Under the pieces are notes generated by a model. That model was not told the origin of the DNA, did not search any database, and saw nothing but the letters and a program-made list of their open reading frames with translations. Shown piece by piece: positions 9,701 through 18,314 of a stretch of DNA of 64,000 nucleotides. The stretch spans positions 9,198-73,197 of the forward strand of contig CADAXK010000008.1 in assembly GCA_902791865.1 (NCBI GenBank), written 5' to 3'. The stretch's first letter is position 1; every line of letters begins with the position of its first letter. A program made the position numbers and the translations under genes. The DNA comes from an uncultured Bacteroidia bacterium (GTDB lineage: Bacteria > Bacteroidota > Bacteroidia > Bacteroidales > ML635J-15).

Positions 9701-10794
9701 AAAATCGTTTCCTTGAACATTTCGGCAACGGCAGTTTCCGAATATTTTTCAAGGAAAATCTTCCTTGAATATTCGTTGAATCTTGGTCGTGGATTCTTTG
9801 CAAAATCGTTTAGCAGTAAGATAAATTCTTCAGCCGTATTGCATTCTCCACCGACTTTTTGTGTCTCAACATCATATCCTTCGAAAGCCTCTGTTGTTCC
9901 GATGATATTTTTGCCGTGCATTAGCGATTCGCAGGTCTTTACCTTCATTCCGCTTCCAGTAAAAATTGGCAGTACCATGATGTCGGCTTCGGCAAAATAT
10001 GGTTGCAAGTCGGGTGCATCGCTCACGATTTCAATGTTTTTCAGCAATTCGGGTTCGTTTTCCTTCAGTTTCTTCATTCCCTTGCCTACTATCTTCATTT
10101 TTATCTTTACCGAAGGAAGTACATTGCGGACAAACCATATTATGCCATCGTTGTTTGGCTTGAAGTACGAACCGAGAAACATGCAAATGGGAACTGGCGA
10201 TGTGTTTGCATCGGTGCGCTCGCTGTCTGTGAATTTGTCGGCAAGAGCGATTGGAATTGTCGAATCGGCGGTTCTGCCGTACCTCGATTTTATTTCTTGT
10301 CCGTCGCGCTCGTTCAAAACGATTATCCTGTCGGAATGCAGGCACGAAAAACGGTCGTTGCTGTCGGCGCATTTTACTGCAAAAAAGCGCGGCAGTCCCT
10401 TGTTCGCTAGCTTTGCTTCGAAGTACGGCACTTCCACATTATGGAAAAATGTAATAATCTTGCCTTTGTATCCCGACTTTTTTAAATCGCGGGCAATTAT
10501 TCCGAAAACACTTCTGTCGATAAACACATAGTCGTATGACTTTGCAATTGAAACAATGTCCTTAACTCGTTTTGGACTAAGCCCGTAGAAATAGCCGAAC
10601 AACGACAATATTCCACTTTTGATGATAGTCCAGAGACTTTTACGCTTTATTTGTTCGTGGACATAATAGGTTTTTATGTTGTCTTCGCCAAGCAAATCCG
10701 ACAGTGCGGTGTAGTTGCGCCATGTGCATACTTCTCCGCCTTCGGGGATTCCTTCCGATTTTTTGTAGCGTATGAACAATAGGTTGCTACTCAT
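9697..10794 (-). CDS. Glycosyltransferase (GT4/GT1-type)
   Basis: C-terminal EADIMVLPIFTGSGMKVKTCESLMHGKNIIGT resembles the GT4 E-x7-E region. Start placed at the internal Met (MSSNLLF). It has a 4-nt overlap with the GT2 gene. Confidence 0.7.
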   Translation of the reverse strand: MSSNLLFIRYKKSEGIPEGGEVCTWRNYTALSDLLGEDNIKTYYVHEQIKRKSLWTIIKSGILSLFGYFYGLSPKRVKDIVSIAKSYDYVFIDRSVFGIIARDLKKSGYKGKIITFFHNVEVPYFEAKLANKGLPRFFAVKCADSNDRFSCLHSDRIIVLNERDGQEIKSRYGRTADSTIPIALADKFTDSERTDANTSPVPICMFLGSYFKPNNDGIIWFVRNVLPSVKIKMKIVGKGMKKLKENEPELLKNIEIVSDAPDLQPYFAEADIMVLPIFTGSGMKVKTCESLMHGKNIIGTTEAFEGYDVETQKVGGECNTAEEFILLLNDFAKNPRPRFNEYSRKIFLEKYSETAVAEMFKETIL

Positions 10795-11015
10795 GGCACT
10801 ATGCTTCGTTTGCATTGCCGTCATTCCGTAAGACAAAGCGAACAGCAAAAGGAATGTTGCTTGTGAGCCTGTCTGTACGGAATCTCCTTTTGAATTCGTT
10901 TTTCACGGGAGATTCCGCATAGTTGAACAATATGACGCTCCTCGTTCCGTATCGCGTTATTGTTCTAACTTGTGGAATGACTGGTAAAGGGTTTGTAATA
11001 ATATATTGACAATGT

Positions 11016-13496
11016 TTATGCATTAGCTGTAGCTTTTTTCTTTCTGTACTGCAAGAAAATCACTCCTGCAATTACCAATGCGAGCAGTACTGAGAATGCA
11101 ATCGAAACGCCATCCCATACCTTTATCATTGGAGCTTCGTTTACAAACTCAATTTTGTGCTGTCCTGCAGGGATAATCATTGCACGAAGTATGTAGTCGG
11201 CACGGAAATATTCGGCTGGCTGTCCGTCGATATATGCCTTCCAGTCGGGTTCGTAGTAAACCTCGGAGAAGATTGCCAACTGATCCTTGCTGGAGGATGT
11301 GCTGTAAACCAAATAATCAGGATTGTATGGTTTCGCATGTGTCATTTCGATGACGGCTGTGGTGTCGCGCGACAGATTTTTGCCCTCTACGTAGCTTGCA
11401 AAATTGGGTGCTATAATTGCAGTGTCGGCAGGGGAGAAGTCGTTGAGCGCTAGAATCTCTGCATTTGCATCATCCACTATCTGGCAACCATCTACAAACC
11501 AAGCATTTCCGAGTGCTGCAGGGTTGCGTTGCACCATGCTCGAACCTTGTTGGTCGGGAACGATGAAGTATCGCGCGTTGAGCATATTGAGTACATTCAT
11601 GTTCAGTTCGCCCATCATGTAGAAGTCGATGAGGTCCTGATAGCGACGCAGTTTTGCTCCGTGGTATCCGCCAATAGAGTGGTGGAATGCCGAGGTGCGC
11701 GAGTCGTTGAATGTGCTGGTGGCAAGGTTCATAACACGGAAATCCTTGTCGCCGAAACGCTCTGCTAACAGGTCGATTGTCTTGTCGTTCTCGGTCGGAC
11801 TTAATTGCATTTCCTTTTTCGAAACATAGCTGTCATCGTTGAGATAGCGGCGGTCAACTGTCCAAAGGTCAAAAACTACGAGCAAGGCAATGACTGCGGT
11901 TGTTACGATAAAAGCAACTTTTTGTTTCTTTTCCTTGTAGCTGATTGCGAAGAACAATGTTGCAGCCGAAAGCAGTATCAGTATTATCGAACGCCACGAG
12001 TCGGCAGTAAACAAGTCCTGTCTGTCCTGAATGAATATTTCTTGGATTCTAGGCCAGCCATCGCCATATTGAGCAGCCATTTGCTCGTCGACAGCGCCAG
12101 CAAACGAGAACGAACCCGACATAATCAATACGATGAGGATTATGCCGCAGGTGATTCCTGTCGATGCATACAAGGCGATTTTTAGCTTTTTCTTGTCTAT
12201 TTCGTTGCTGAAAATGTTTTTCAGTGCGAGAATTGCCATCATCACCATTGCGACATTGGCTATTACAAGGCTCATCGACGGGGTACGGAACTTGTTGTAC
12301 ATTGGCAGGTGGTCGAACAGGAATCCGTTGACCCCCATGAGGTTCTTGCCCCACGACAGTATTATTGCCATAATTGTGATGCCAAGTAGCCACCAGCGTT
12401 CCGGTCCTTTTACAATGAAAAGTCCGAGAATAAACAGGAAAACTATTATAGCTCCGAAATACACTGGTCCCGATGTGAATGGCTGGTCGCCCCAGTAGAG
12501 CGGTGCATTCTTGATTTTGAAATTCTTGTAGGTTTCTGTTGACTTGTCAACAGGTTCGTTTGAGCCACCGCCAAAACTGCCAGGAACGAGCAATGTGTAG
12601 GTTTCGCCGATTCCGTAGCTCCATGCAAAGGCGTAATCCATGTTTAGTCCAACTTTGTTCTTGTTGTCAGAATGTTCGATGTCGCCAGATAGAGATTCGG
12701 GAGTAACTGTAATTTCGGAACCGCCACGCATGGTATATCTGGAATATTCCACGTTCATCATAAGCAGACGGGCATTGCCGCCAATAGCGAAGATTGCGCC
12801 TAGCAAAAGTACGCCAATAGCTTTCCCAAATTGCTTGAAAGTCTTGTCTTTTATTGTGTAAATTAGGTAAACCAAGCCTAGTATTAGTACCGAAAGCAAT
12901 GTGTAGTATGTTATCTGCAGGTGGTTGAATGCAATCTGGAAACCAAGCGCTATAGTGAAAAGTATTCCACCTATTAGATATTTTTTCTTCAGTGTCAGTA
13001 TTATGCCGCTGAAAATTGGAGCCACCATTGCTAAAGCCCAGGCTTTTGAAATATGTCCTGCTTCAATAATTATTATATTGTAGCTGCCTAGTCCAAAGGC
13101 AATTGCTCCTACGAGGCTTAGCCACGGATTTACGCCAAGTGCTACGAGACAGATGTAAAATCCTATGAGATAAAGGAATAGTACACCAATGTTTTCTGAC
13201 CATCCTAACCAATATAGGTCGAAGATTTCTTTGGCTCTAAAAATTGATTCCTGTGGTTTGTTGGTAATCTGGTAAGTCGGCATTCCGCTGAACATTGCAC
13301 TGTTCCAGTGTGTGTAAGTGCCTGTTTCCTTCAGAAAATCCTTCTGCTCCTTCACCATTCCCTGCCAGTTGCGTGTGTCGCCCTGATTGAGAACTTTGTT
13401 GCTGGTAACTAGCTTGTCGAAAAACAGAATGGAAATAAGAAAGAATATGATTACTATTCCAGTGTGTGTAAGAATGTTTTTTACTATAGGTTTCAT
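11016..13496 (-). CDS. YfhO-family polytopic membrane protein (glycan or teichoic-acid glycosylation family)
   Basis: 826 aa, with many N-terminal TM segments, a large extracytoplasmic C-terminal part and a final TM. Size and architecture fit YfhO. Confidence 0.65.
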   Translation of the reverse strand: MKPIVKNILTHTGIVIIFFLISILFFDKLVTSNKVLNQGDTRNWQGMVKEQKDFLKETGTYTHWNSAMFSGMPTYQITNKPQESIFRAKEIFDLYWLGWSENIGVLFLYLIGFYICLVALGVNPWLSLVGAIAFGLGSYNIIIIEAGHISKAWALAMVAPIFSGIILTLKKKYLIGGILFTIALGFQIAFNHLQITYYTLLSVLILGLVYLIYTIKDKTFKQFGKAIGVLLLGAIFAIGGNARLLMMNVEYSRYTMRGGSEITVTPESLSGDIEHSDNKNKVGLNMDYAFAWSYGIGETYTLLVPGSFGGGSNEPVDKSTETYKNFKIKNAPLYWGDQPFTSGPVYFGAIIVFLFILGLFIVKGPERWWLLGITIMAIILSWGKNLMGVNGFLFDHLPMYNKFRTPSMSLVIANVAMVMMAILALKNIFSNEIDKKKLKIALYASTGITCGIILIVLIMSGSFSFAGAVDEQMAAQYGDGWPRIQEIFIQDRQDLFTADSWRSIILILLSAATLFFAISYKEKKQKVAFIVTTAVIALLVVFDLWTVDRRYLNDDSYVSKKEMQLSPTENDKTIDLLAERFGDKDFRVMNLATSTFNDSRTSAFHHSIGGYHGAKLRRYQDLIDFYMMGELNMNVLNMLNARYFIVPDQQGSSMVQRNPAALGNAWFVDGCQIVDDANAEILALNDFSPADTAIIAPNFASYVEGKNLSRDTTAVIEMTHAKPYNPDYLVYSTSSSKDQLAIFSEVYYEPDWKAYIDGQPAEYFRADYILRAMIIPAGQHKIEFVNEAPMIKVWDGVSIAFSVLLALVIAGVIFLQYRKKKATANA

Positions 13497-13545
13497 ATCA
13501 AATCTTGTTGTTACAATTGAAATACAAAGGTAATGCTTTTTTGCT

Positions 13546-14484
13546 TTATTCCGTTAGGTCGGCAATGATTTCCCTGATAGGTCTAACCTTGTGGACATGC
13601 TCTATTGAAACTCCTGCGCACCAGACGGTCTTATATGTCGCCTTGAAAGCGGAGTTGTAGAGCTTTTTCATTCCAGCCTTCATCATTACAGATTTTGCAA
13701 ACTTCTTCAGGGCAGAGTTGCCATTGACAAGTCTTTCCCAAATGTTTGGCTTGTTGCCAATTTGTTGGAGGTATGGAGTATTTATCACTGCAGTGGGACT
13801 GCCCGAAAGTTTCCGAGTCATGACAATGTCCTTGGCGCCATATTCTACTACGGCTTTCTTGTATTCGTCAGAGACCTTGCATTCCTCACTGGCTATGAAA
13901 ATTGTGCCGATCGACACTCCTGCTGCACCCATTTCAAGTGCCTTGTCAACATCCTGCTTGCGGGCTATACCGCCTGCATATATAATAGGTGTGTGGCAAT
14001 TGTCAACTAGTTCGGGCATCAACTTTTCGGGGGGGAATATTCCTGAATGACCGCCAGCTTTTGAGTTGACTGCGATAATAGCATCGGCACCAAGGCTTTC
14101 GACTTTTTGGGCAAATTTCAAGTCAACTACATCGCAGAAAACCTTGATTCCATTTGCGTGTGCCATTTCGATTGCCTGTTTTGGGTTGCCGAGTGATGTT
14201 ATAATGAAAGCTGGTTTGGCATTAATAATTTCAGAAAGTTGCTGTTTGTAGCGTGTGTTCGACTTGTTTACCACAAGGTTTATTCCGAAAGGCTTGTCTG
14301 TTTTCGCCTTGATGTTGGCAATGGCACGTGCGAGTTCTCCTTTTTTTCGATAGTTTGCAGCTGGGATTGCTGCAGTAATCCCACATTCTAGCGCAGCGAC
14401 AACCATTTCCTCGTTGCTAACCAGAAACATTGGAGCCATGATTATTGGATGTTCAATATGCAGTATGTCGCACAAAGTTGCCAT
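13546..14484 (-). CDS. Nitronate monooxygenase / FabK-like FMN oxidoreductase
   Basis: NPD-family layout: HPIIMAPM at the N-terminus and a GG...AGG phosphate-binding region. Confidence 0.75.
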   Translation of the reverse strand: MATLCDILHIEHPIIMAPMFLVSNEEMVVAALECGITAAIPAANYRKKGELARAIANIKAKTDKPFGINLVVNKSNTRYKQQLSEIINAKPAFIITSLGNPKQAIEMAHANGIKVFCDVVDLKFAQKVESLGADAIIAVNSKAGGHSGIFPPEKLMPELVDNCHTPIIYAGGIARKQDVDKALEMGAAGVSIGTIFIASEECKVSDEYKKAVVEYGAKDIVMTRKLSGSPTAVINTPYLQQIGNKPNIWERLVNGNSALKKFAKSVMMKAGMKKLYNSAFKATYKTVWCAGVSIEHVHKVRPIREIIADLTE

Positions 14485-14486
14485 TA

Positions 14487-14999
14487 TTATAATTGCAAGG
14501 TATTGTTGTTTTCGTTTTCTGTTGTTTCGAAATACTCATCAACAAGCAGGTTTGTGCCTGTGGCGGCAGCAACAGCAAGCTGGTCGCAACGGTTGTTGTA
14601 TGGATTGTCGGCATGGCCTTTTACCCATACGAATCTGACTTTGTGTTGCTTGTATATTCTTAAGAACCGAACCCATAAGTCTGGATTCTTTACATTCTTG
14701 AAATTTTTCTTTATCCATCCCGACAGCCAGTTCTGATTTATGGCATCGGCTACATATTTAGAGTCGGTGTAGATTGTCACAATGGAGTTCGGAATTTTTA
14801 ACATTTCGAGGGCAGTGATTACGCCAAGCAGTTCCATGCGGTTGTTGGTTGTACGGCGAAATCCACAGGCTACATCCTTGCGGTGTTGTCCGCTCATAAG
14901 CACAATGCCGAAACCACCAGGACCTGGGTTTCCTCGTGATGATCCATCTGTATAGATGGTTATTACAGGTGGTTGTGGCGTTTGTTTTTCCTCCGGCAT
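14487..14999 (-). CDS. rnhA: Ribonuclease HI
   Basis: IYTDGSSRGNPGPGGFG...MELLGVITALE...WVKGHADNPYNNRCDQLA carries the canonical RNase H1 motifs. Confidence 0.9.
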   Translation of the reverse strand: MPEEKQTPQPPVITIYTDGSSRGNPGPGGFGIVLMSGQHRKDVACGFRRTTNNRMELLGVITALEMLKIPNSIVTIYTDSKYVADAINQNWLSGWIKKNFKNVKNPDLWVRFLRIYKQHKVRFVWVKGHADNPYNNRCDQLAVAAATGTNLLVDEYFETTENENNNTLQL

Positions 15000-16984
15000 T
15001 ACCTTGCAATAAGAACCTTTTCGGTTACGCTGTGTCCGTCGATGTTCATATTTACGAAATACAGGCCTTCGCTGTAGCTACTAACGTTGATTCTGATTTC
15101 ACCCTCGCTACTGTTGCAGTTATGCATGTCGACCTTTCTTCCAAGCATGTCGTAGATGTCGATGGTAATGTCTTTGCCGTATTCCACAGAGCCAAGGTTG
15201 ATGTTGACAATGTTGTTTGCTGGGTTAGGGAAGATGCTTATTTCGTGTTCGGCAGCATAGTCCTCAACATCAACTATGCATGTAACGGGACGAATTGCGG
15301 ATGAAGTTCTTACACCGAATTTTTCGTAAGCAGTGTTCCATGTATCACCATCGTTGCTTACATACAGGGTATTTGAACCTGACGTACTTCTGTTTGGTGC
15401 AACGCTTACTACAAACCATTCGCCATCGCCGTCTGAGTTGGTGCCGTTGTAGTTGATTTTGTATCCGGCATAGAATGGACCATTTACTTCAACAGGGTCA
15501 TCAAACTCAACTACATAGTTGTAGTTTTCGGGAATGTCGCGCAGATATACTTTCTTTTCGGCAAGAATTGTTTCGGGATGTTGCGTATTGCCGTCCCAAA
15601 TGTAGAAAGTGACGGTTGAGTTATATGAGCCGGTCTGTGATTTAAATACAGGAACAATAATTGCGTCAACCTGTTCGAATGAGTACTGGTTGAACTTGTC
15701 TGCATAATACTTGGTTCTCTGTCCGTTATGACCGCCAATGTATCCCCATGAACCTGTAACAGTTGGGCTACTTGGTATTTCGTTGGGGCGTATGTTTGTT
15801 ATTGTATCGCAGTACATCGGGACAGGACCGGAAAATACCATTATATAGTCTTCCTTTGTTATAGATGTTACTCCGCATTCGTTTGAAACAGAGTGGAAAA
15901 CATCATAGAAACCTGCTGCGTTGTATTCTATTCCATTAATTATGTTAGCGGTTGCCGCTGTATGGGGGTATCCGCCTTCAAATTCCCATGTCCATGCTGT
16001 AGGATTGTTGGTTGATCTGTCCTCGAAATAAACCTTTGTACCTGAGCGGATAAGGCGTGGTGCGGCAACAAATTCGGCTTCTGGTATAGCTACACAAGGG
16101 TCGGTTTCGGCGACTGTAATATAGTTTGTTCTACGCAGTGTGTCCATGCCCATGTTGCTTTCGATAACAAGCTCTACATCGTATGTTCCAGGCATCGGGA
16201 ATATTATGCCGGTTGGATTTTGTACGTTCGAAGTAGTAGGAACAGCACCTTCGAAGAACCAGTGCCAAATGTAAGGATTACCAGTGCTTCTGTCGGTGAA
16301 GTTTACTGCGTCGCCAGGTGCAATATAGGTTCTGTCGACCATGAAATTTGCTTCGGGACTTATTGTAGCTTCTGGGACTACATTGATGTAGAAGTTTTTG
16401 GTTTCAGTATCGCTGTTTCCGTTCATGTCGGTTACGGTGAGTTCTACATTGTATATTCCGACATGTGGATAGGTTATTGGTGCTGGGCGTTCATCGGTTG
16501 ATGATGATGGCATGCCACCTTCGAATGTCCATTGGTATGATGCGAATGGCCCATTTTGTGATGTGCTAGTGAATTGCACAATATTGTTGGCTGGAATTGT
16601 TGTGTAGTTAGCAGTAAAATCGGCAATTGGAGTTTCGGTGTTTGGAAGTACCGTTATGCATTCGGTTACGATTTCCGTATTGACCATAGCGCCGTTTTGC
16701 ACTTCGAGGATTACTGAATATACGCCCGGATGGTAGTAGCAGATGTCCTGTGGGTGCTGTTCGGTTGAAGTTGGGGTTTGTGCGCCCTCGAATGTCCACT
16801 GCCAGTGGGTCGGGTTTCCCGTTGTCATGTCGGTGAAGTATACGCATTCGCCGGCGATAATTTCGTATGATGATACGAGGAACTGCGCATCAAGTCCTGC
16901 CTTGCTGTTTCCCTTTTGCGCAAATATGTTGCACGATAGCACTATTAATGTTGCTAATACTATGATTCTCAATATGTCTTTCAT
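14999..16984 (-). CDS. PKD-repeat surface protein with a T9SS C-terminal sorting domain
   Basis: Signal peptide at the internal Met (MKDILRIIVLATLIVLSCNIFAQ). Four repeats carry F.D.STGNP..W.W.FEG. The C-terminus IFPNPANNIVNINLG...GLYFVNMNIDGHSVTEKVLIAR is a T9SS CTD. Confidence 0.85.
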   Translation of the reverse strand: MKDILRIIVLATLIVLSCNIFAQKGNSKAGLDAQFLVSSYEIIAGECVYFTDMTTGNPTHWQWTFEGAQTPTSTEQHPQDICYYHPGVYSVILEVQNGAMVNTEIVTECITVLPNTETPIADFTANYTTIPANNIVQFTSTSQNGPFASYQWTFEGGMPSSSTDERPAPITYPHVGIYNVELTVTDMNGNSDTETKNFYINVVPEATISPEANFMVDRTYIAPGDAVNFTDRSTGNPYIWHWFFEGAVPTTSNVQNPTGIIFPMPGTYDVELVIESNMGMDTLRRTNYITVAETDPCVAIPEAEFVAAPRLIRSGTKVYFEDRSTNNPTAWTWEFEGGYPHTAATANIINGIEYNAAGFYDVFHSVSNECGVTSITKEDYIMVFSGPVPMYCDTITNIRPNEIPSSPTVTGSWGYIGGHNGQRTKYYADKFNQYSFEQVDAIIVPVFKSQTGSYNSTVTFYIWDGNTQHPETILAEKKVYLRDIPENYNYVVEFDDPVEVNGPFYAGYKINYNGTNSDGDGEWFVVSVAPNRSTSGSNTLYVSNDGDTWNTAYEKFGVRTSSAIRPVTCIVDVEDYAAEHEISIFPNPANNIVNINLGSVEYGKDITIDIYDMLGRKVDMHNCNSSEGEIRINVSSYSEGLYFVNMNIDGHSVTEKVLIAR

Positions 16985-17036
16985 CTGCAAGAGTTTTTTT
17001 TGAAAATGAAAATTAAATATCAAACTGCAAATATAA

Positions 17037-17283
17037 TAAAATTTGAAAATTCAATGATTTGAAAATTCAAAAATTTGATGATTGTAGCGGCGCAATGATT
17101 TGCGCCGATTGCAATGATTTGCACCGGTTGCAATGCTTTGCACCGATTGCAATGCTTTGCGCCGATTGCAATGATTTGCATCGGTTGCAATGCTTTGCAC
17201 CGATTGAGACGCAAGATTTTGCGTCTGTACAGATTATCAAATCCATTATCCATTGTTCATTGTTCATTGTTCATTGTCCATTA
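17037..17283. repeat. Mosaic extragenic repeat
   Basis: Read directly. It starts with AT-rich word repeats. Six tandem units GCAATGMTTTGCRYCGRTT follow at 17092-17205. The hairpin GAGACGCAAGATTTTGCGTCTGTACA is at 17206-17231. A CATTGTT run follows at 17249-17283. Track ORFs here only translate the repeat. Confidence 0.85.
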
Positions 17284-17350
17284 AATTGATTATCTTTGCG
17301 TAGCAAATTATTCCGCCTAATATTAGCGGAAATGTTTTTGTAATTGATTT

Positions 17351-17947
17351 ATGCAGAACAAATTAATCGACGAGGCAATACAGCAATTCATGTCGTTGCC
17401 GGGGATAGGGCGTAAGACGGCACAGCGTTTTGTGCTTCATCTTTTGCGGAAGTCGCTGGATGATGTTACGAATTTTACGACAACCATACAGCGCATGAAG
17501 GAGGACACTAAGTTTTGCCGCGTGTGCAACAATATTTCAGAGAACGATATTTGTGAGGTTTGTGTCAATCCACGTCGCGACCAGTCGACTATATGCGTTG
17601 TGGAAAATATAAACGATGTGATGGCAATTGAAGCCACGTCGCAGTACAATGGTGTGTATCATGTGCTTGGCGGTGTCATTTCGCCAATGGATGGTGTGAG
17701 CCCCAGCGACTTGCACATTTCCGACTTGATTAATCGTGCGTCTGCTGGCAATATAAGCGAGATTATCCTTGCCTTGCCCACGACTATGGAAGGCGAGACC
17801 ACCAATTATTTCATAAACAAAAAGTTACAGCAGACTGGCGTGAAAGTTTCCGTTATTGCGAAGGGAATTGCGGTAGGAGAGGAGTTGCAGTACACCGATG
17901 AGGTTACACTTTCGCAGGCAATAAAGAATAGGAAACCGTTTGAATAG
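17351..17947 (+). CDS. recR: Recombination protein RecR
   Basis: LPGIGRKTAQRF helix-hairpin-helix, a C-x2-C...C-x2-C zinc finger and a Toprim region. Confidence 0.9.
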   Translation: MQNKLIDEAIQQFMSLPGIGRKTAQRFVLHLLRKSLDDVTNFTTTIQRMKEDTKFCRVCNNISENDICEVCVNPRRDQSTICVVENINDVMAIEATSQYNGVYHVLGGVISPMDGVSPSDLHISDLINRASAGNISEIILALPTTMEGETTNYFINKKLQQTGVKVSVIAKGIAVGEELQYTDEVTLSQAIKNRKPFE

Positions 17948-18262
17948 CTTGGGCTAACGCCAGTTTCTATGGCTGCCGCCGTTTCAATGGGCTAAAGCCC
18001 TCAACGAAGTTAAATTTTACAAATAGAAACAAACCTTTGGCTCACGCAGCGAAGTAAGTAATCAGACAAATCCTATTTGTTAAATTTGGAAAAGATTTGT
18101 TTAATTTCTGCCACTTGTGGCACTCAAAAATGGAGTCGCTACGCGAGAACGGCGAAGCCCTCAACGAAGTTAAATCTTACAAATTGGAACAAATATTACA
18201 AATCCTATTTGTTCTATTTGGAATAGATTTGTTGAATTTCTGCCCGTTAGGGCACTCAATAA
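17945..18262. repeat. Intergenic repeat block: GGGCTAAMGCC words plus two imperfect direct copies of a 105-160 bp unit
   Basis: GCCCTCAACGAAGTTAAAT...CAAATCCTATTTGTT...ATTTCTGCC(N)GGCACTCAA occurs starting at about 17997 and again at about 18157. Confidence 0.75.
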
Positions 18263-18294
18263 ACAAAAAAGCCCCGCAAAATGCGAGGCTTTTA
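18262..18294 (-). terminator. Rho-independent terminator of the 18315-21992 gene
   Basis: On the minus strand, AAAGCCTCGCATTTTGCGGGGCTTT is followed by a T run. Confidence 0.75.
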
Positions 18295-18314
18295 AATTTA
18301 TCGCTATTGTAAGA

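Noticed and set aside
9713-10531. 272-aa plus-strand ORF, with other plus ORFs at 10003-10454
   Set aside because: It is antisense to the GT4 glycosyltransferase gene, whose motifs and operon context are convincing. The plus-frame product is low-complexity with no motif, so it is a shadow ORF.
17092-17205. Possible CRISPR array (six regularly spaced 19-nt repeats)
   Set aside because: The units are directly adjacent with no spacers. The repeats are far shorter than CRISPR repeats, and no cas genes are nearby.
17020-17289. ORFs of 66-77 aa with repetitive CNDLHRLQCFAPI-type sequence
   Set aside because: They are simply translations of the 19-nt tandem repeat in different frames.
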